Assembly (NCBI GenBank): GCA_002633005.1
Contig: NMRA01000059.1
Coordinates: 232,992 to 296,714 of the forward strand
Direction: 5' to 3'
Length of the DNA stretch: 63,723 bases
Source: Phoronis australis
Taxonomy: Eukaryota > Animalia > Phoronida
Shown: positions 61,574 through 63,723 of the stretch, one piece after another
Layout of the letters: each line of letters opens with the position of its first letter
How positions within the stretch are numbered: position 1 is the stretch's first letter
Position numbers and translations under genes: made by a program
The notes under the pieces: generated by a model
The model's input: only the letters and a program-made list of their open reading frames with translations
Database searches by the model: none
What the model was told of the DNA's origin: nothing

Positions 61574-62900
61574 CTATGGTGCGCCGCCCATGTACCATAC
61601 GGGGCGCAGCACTAAAATAAGTGGGAGGGCGGGGCCGGGGCTATCTGATACCCCCCAGCTCCCTATGATACGCCGCTGATGCAGCGTGCGAAGGTATAGG
61701 ATATAAGGTGCTTGAGTGCAAGGACGGGAGCTGGGTTGGTTTCTTCGCGAGTCACGACCAAAAGAACTACGTTCGTGAAACGCGACAATTAAAGAGGGGG
61801 ATTGCCAGATAGGGGAACAGCGTGCTTGAGAGAAAAATTTTGATGGAGCACTTGCAAGGGAGCATAGGGACGGGGTTTTTAAAGCCAGGTGACGCAAGAG
61901 AATGGAACGGCGCCGCGAAGGTACAGAAGGGCGGAACCCGAAAGTGCGGGAGCAGAGCTCGGGTCCCCGGGAGCATGACTGAGGTTTCTCAAGTCGAGAA
62001 ATATGTCTGATGATTGCCAGCACACATCATGTCTTCTGAGACGCCGGCCTCAGGGCAGTACGGATTACTGATTTGCATTCCGGAATAACGTACCTCGCCT
62101 GAGTTGCGGGACACGCGGCCTTTCTTTAAATTTTCAGTATATGAGAGAAAGTAACGACGTGCGGGCCAATGTGGGAGTTGGCCGGGGCTGGTCTGTTCGC
62201 GAGTAAAGCATGGATTACTAGGCCTATATTCGTGACTGTTGAGAAGCGAAAACTGTAATGTTGCCTTAGCTCGGGATCGGGGAAATTTAAATCCGTGGAC
62301 GAGAGAAGAACTTTAATTTCTGGGCTGAGCAGCGCGCTGTACGGGAAGTGGCGGGAGGAAAAGCCAGTTTGAAATAATGTGTGGGAGCGGGGCCGGCTGA
62401 TCTTTTGCGACGACTGAGACACCGGCGGGTGTGCCGGGGAAGAGTACTACAAAACGCCGAACCTGAGTGTCTGTTGTTAGATCAAGGGAACTTCAGTCGA
62501 TAAGAAACTTTTCAAAGGTCACATATTTTGGTAATTTTTAAACTTTTGGGTGTTAGTAAAACAGAGGCCGTGAACGCCGGGAACCCGCCACTAGAGGCAG
62601 AGCCGTTTGAAGAGAAAACAACTGACAAAGTATGGTTGTGCAGTATTTTTCGCCACGAATTCGAATAAAATACCCAAAGTGACCTACGCATACTAAAAGT
62701 AAGAAGCTGTGATTTTACAACTATGATCACTGCTCGCCGGGAGAAAGAGCCTGAACTATAGTGACTAGCCTCAGAGCCCGAGCGGCGTGCGACGGTGACT
62801 GAATTTTTGAAAGATGGCAATCCATCCCGAGTGACGCACAGGAAAGGAAGTCTGTGTTCTTTGCTTTTTAACCTTTTAAAAAAGCCTGTCACTTATTTAT
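61574..62900 (+). mobile_element. GC-rich decayed retroelement-like sequence (possible gag/ORF1 remnant)
   Basis: Abrupt rise in GC; at 61677-61719 a 1-nt shift restores C-AA-C-EGIG-(Y for H)-KVLE-C, a CCHC knuckle spacing, preceded by RGYL. Boundaries uncertain. Confidence 0.3.
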
Positions 62901-63723
62901 AAGTAAAAATGACCCCATGGGATCATTGTTTAAAATGCTATGTTGGGTCGGCGCATCACGGCATCCCGGCGTCCGAGTCCACCGACAAGTGCTCTAATCA
63001 TCCGCCAGGTGACGCAATAGTCAGGTATTGTGAAATCGTAGCGGTGATAACGATAACGGTTCTCGGTTGAACGTACGCATTGTGTCGGTTTTCCAACATC
63101 CTAAAGTAAATTTCTGGTTAGGTAAGGCGAGATTTGAGTCTATCACTATCATATTGATACCTGTCAATAACTAATATTTGTGTCGTAATGATACAAACAA
63201 CGTAGTAGGCCTAATGTTTGAATCACCATTGACTGAGTCATCGATTCGATAGTGTCGTCAGCCATTTTTGTCGTGGCTGCCTGTGGTCGTGGTCAAGTCG
63301 TTAAGTGTAAGTTTTTATATTGACGGTTGTTCGTAAACCCCATACCTCCGAAAACATTTTATTTCAGTTTATTCAGACATAAAAGTTAAAACAAAGAACC
63401 CTTTCATATTTGCAATGCATGCTGGGATAACCAAGTGGACCTGTGCATTGACTTGTTTTGAAGTCGAACAGCATAGGACGTACACTCCGAAACCCTATAG
63501 TCGTCCGCCTAAGCATAAAACCGGCTTGTTGTCTTACTCACCCAATTATTCCACTTCAAAGTTATGATCTGAATAGGACTTGATTTAACTCTCACAAATA
63601 TATAGTATTCGTTGATTCAAACGTTTTCTTTTACTTAAGCCGAGTTGTTCAACTGTGCATTGGTTTTCGGCAGCCATTTTATAATGACACCTATGGTCGT
63701 CATGTGCTGCCGCCTTTTGAAAG

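Noticed and set aside
62512-62892. Tyrosine-recombinase-like phrase (SHYSSGSFSRRA) in a minus-strand ORF
   Set aside because: Lacks the catalytic HxxR and any supporting RT/RNase H sequence; probably chance.
59640-62920. Scattered AAAATGAC(C/T)CC motifs as transposon subterminal repeats
   Set aside because: No clear termini or TSD to define an element.

Overview
Animal (invertebrate-like) genomic DNA, AT-rich, with two large multi-exon genes transcribed divergently from a ~950-bp intergenic region. Minus strand (30533 to past the window start): the 5' and central part of a trithorax/KMT2A(MLL1)-family H3K4 methyltransferase, with menin/LEDGF motifs, a nuclear-receptor-like C4 zinc finger, CXXC, PHD1-3, bromodomain, ePHD and FYRN. 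FYRC and SET are not in the window. Plus strand (31485-56828): a complete DIXDC1/Ccd1 (dixin) gene (CH, coiled coil, DIX) with a candidate second first exon. Exons were rebuilt by hand from GT-AG sites and all phases are consistent. Main finding: the CpG-reading half of the CXXC domain is encoded by two tandem paralogous 48-nt exons separated by a 49-nt intron, the architecture of a mutually exclusive exon pair. The same protein also carries a Drosophila-Trx-type NR zinc finger. Also present: an internally deleted Kolobok-like transposon, MITE/HINE-like repeats, many minisatellites (several copying splice sites), a 241-N gap and a probable false haplotype duplication. All homology calls come from recalled motifs; no searches were run.
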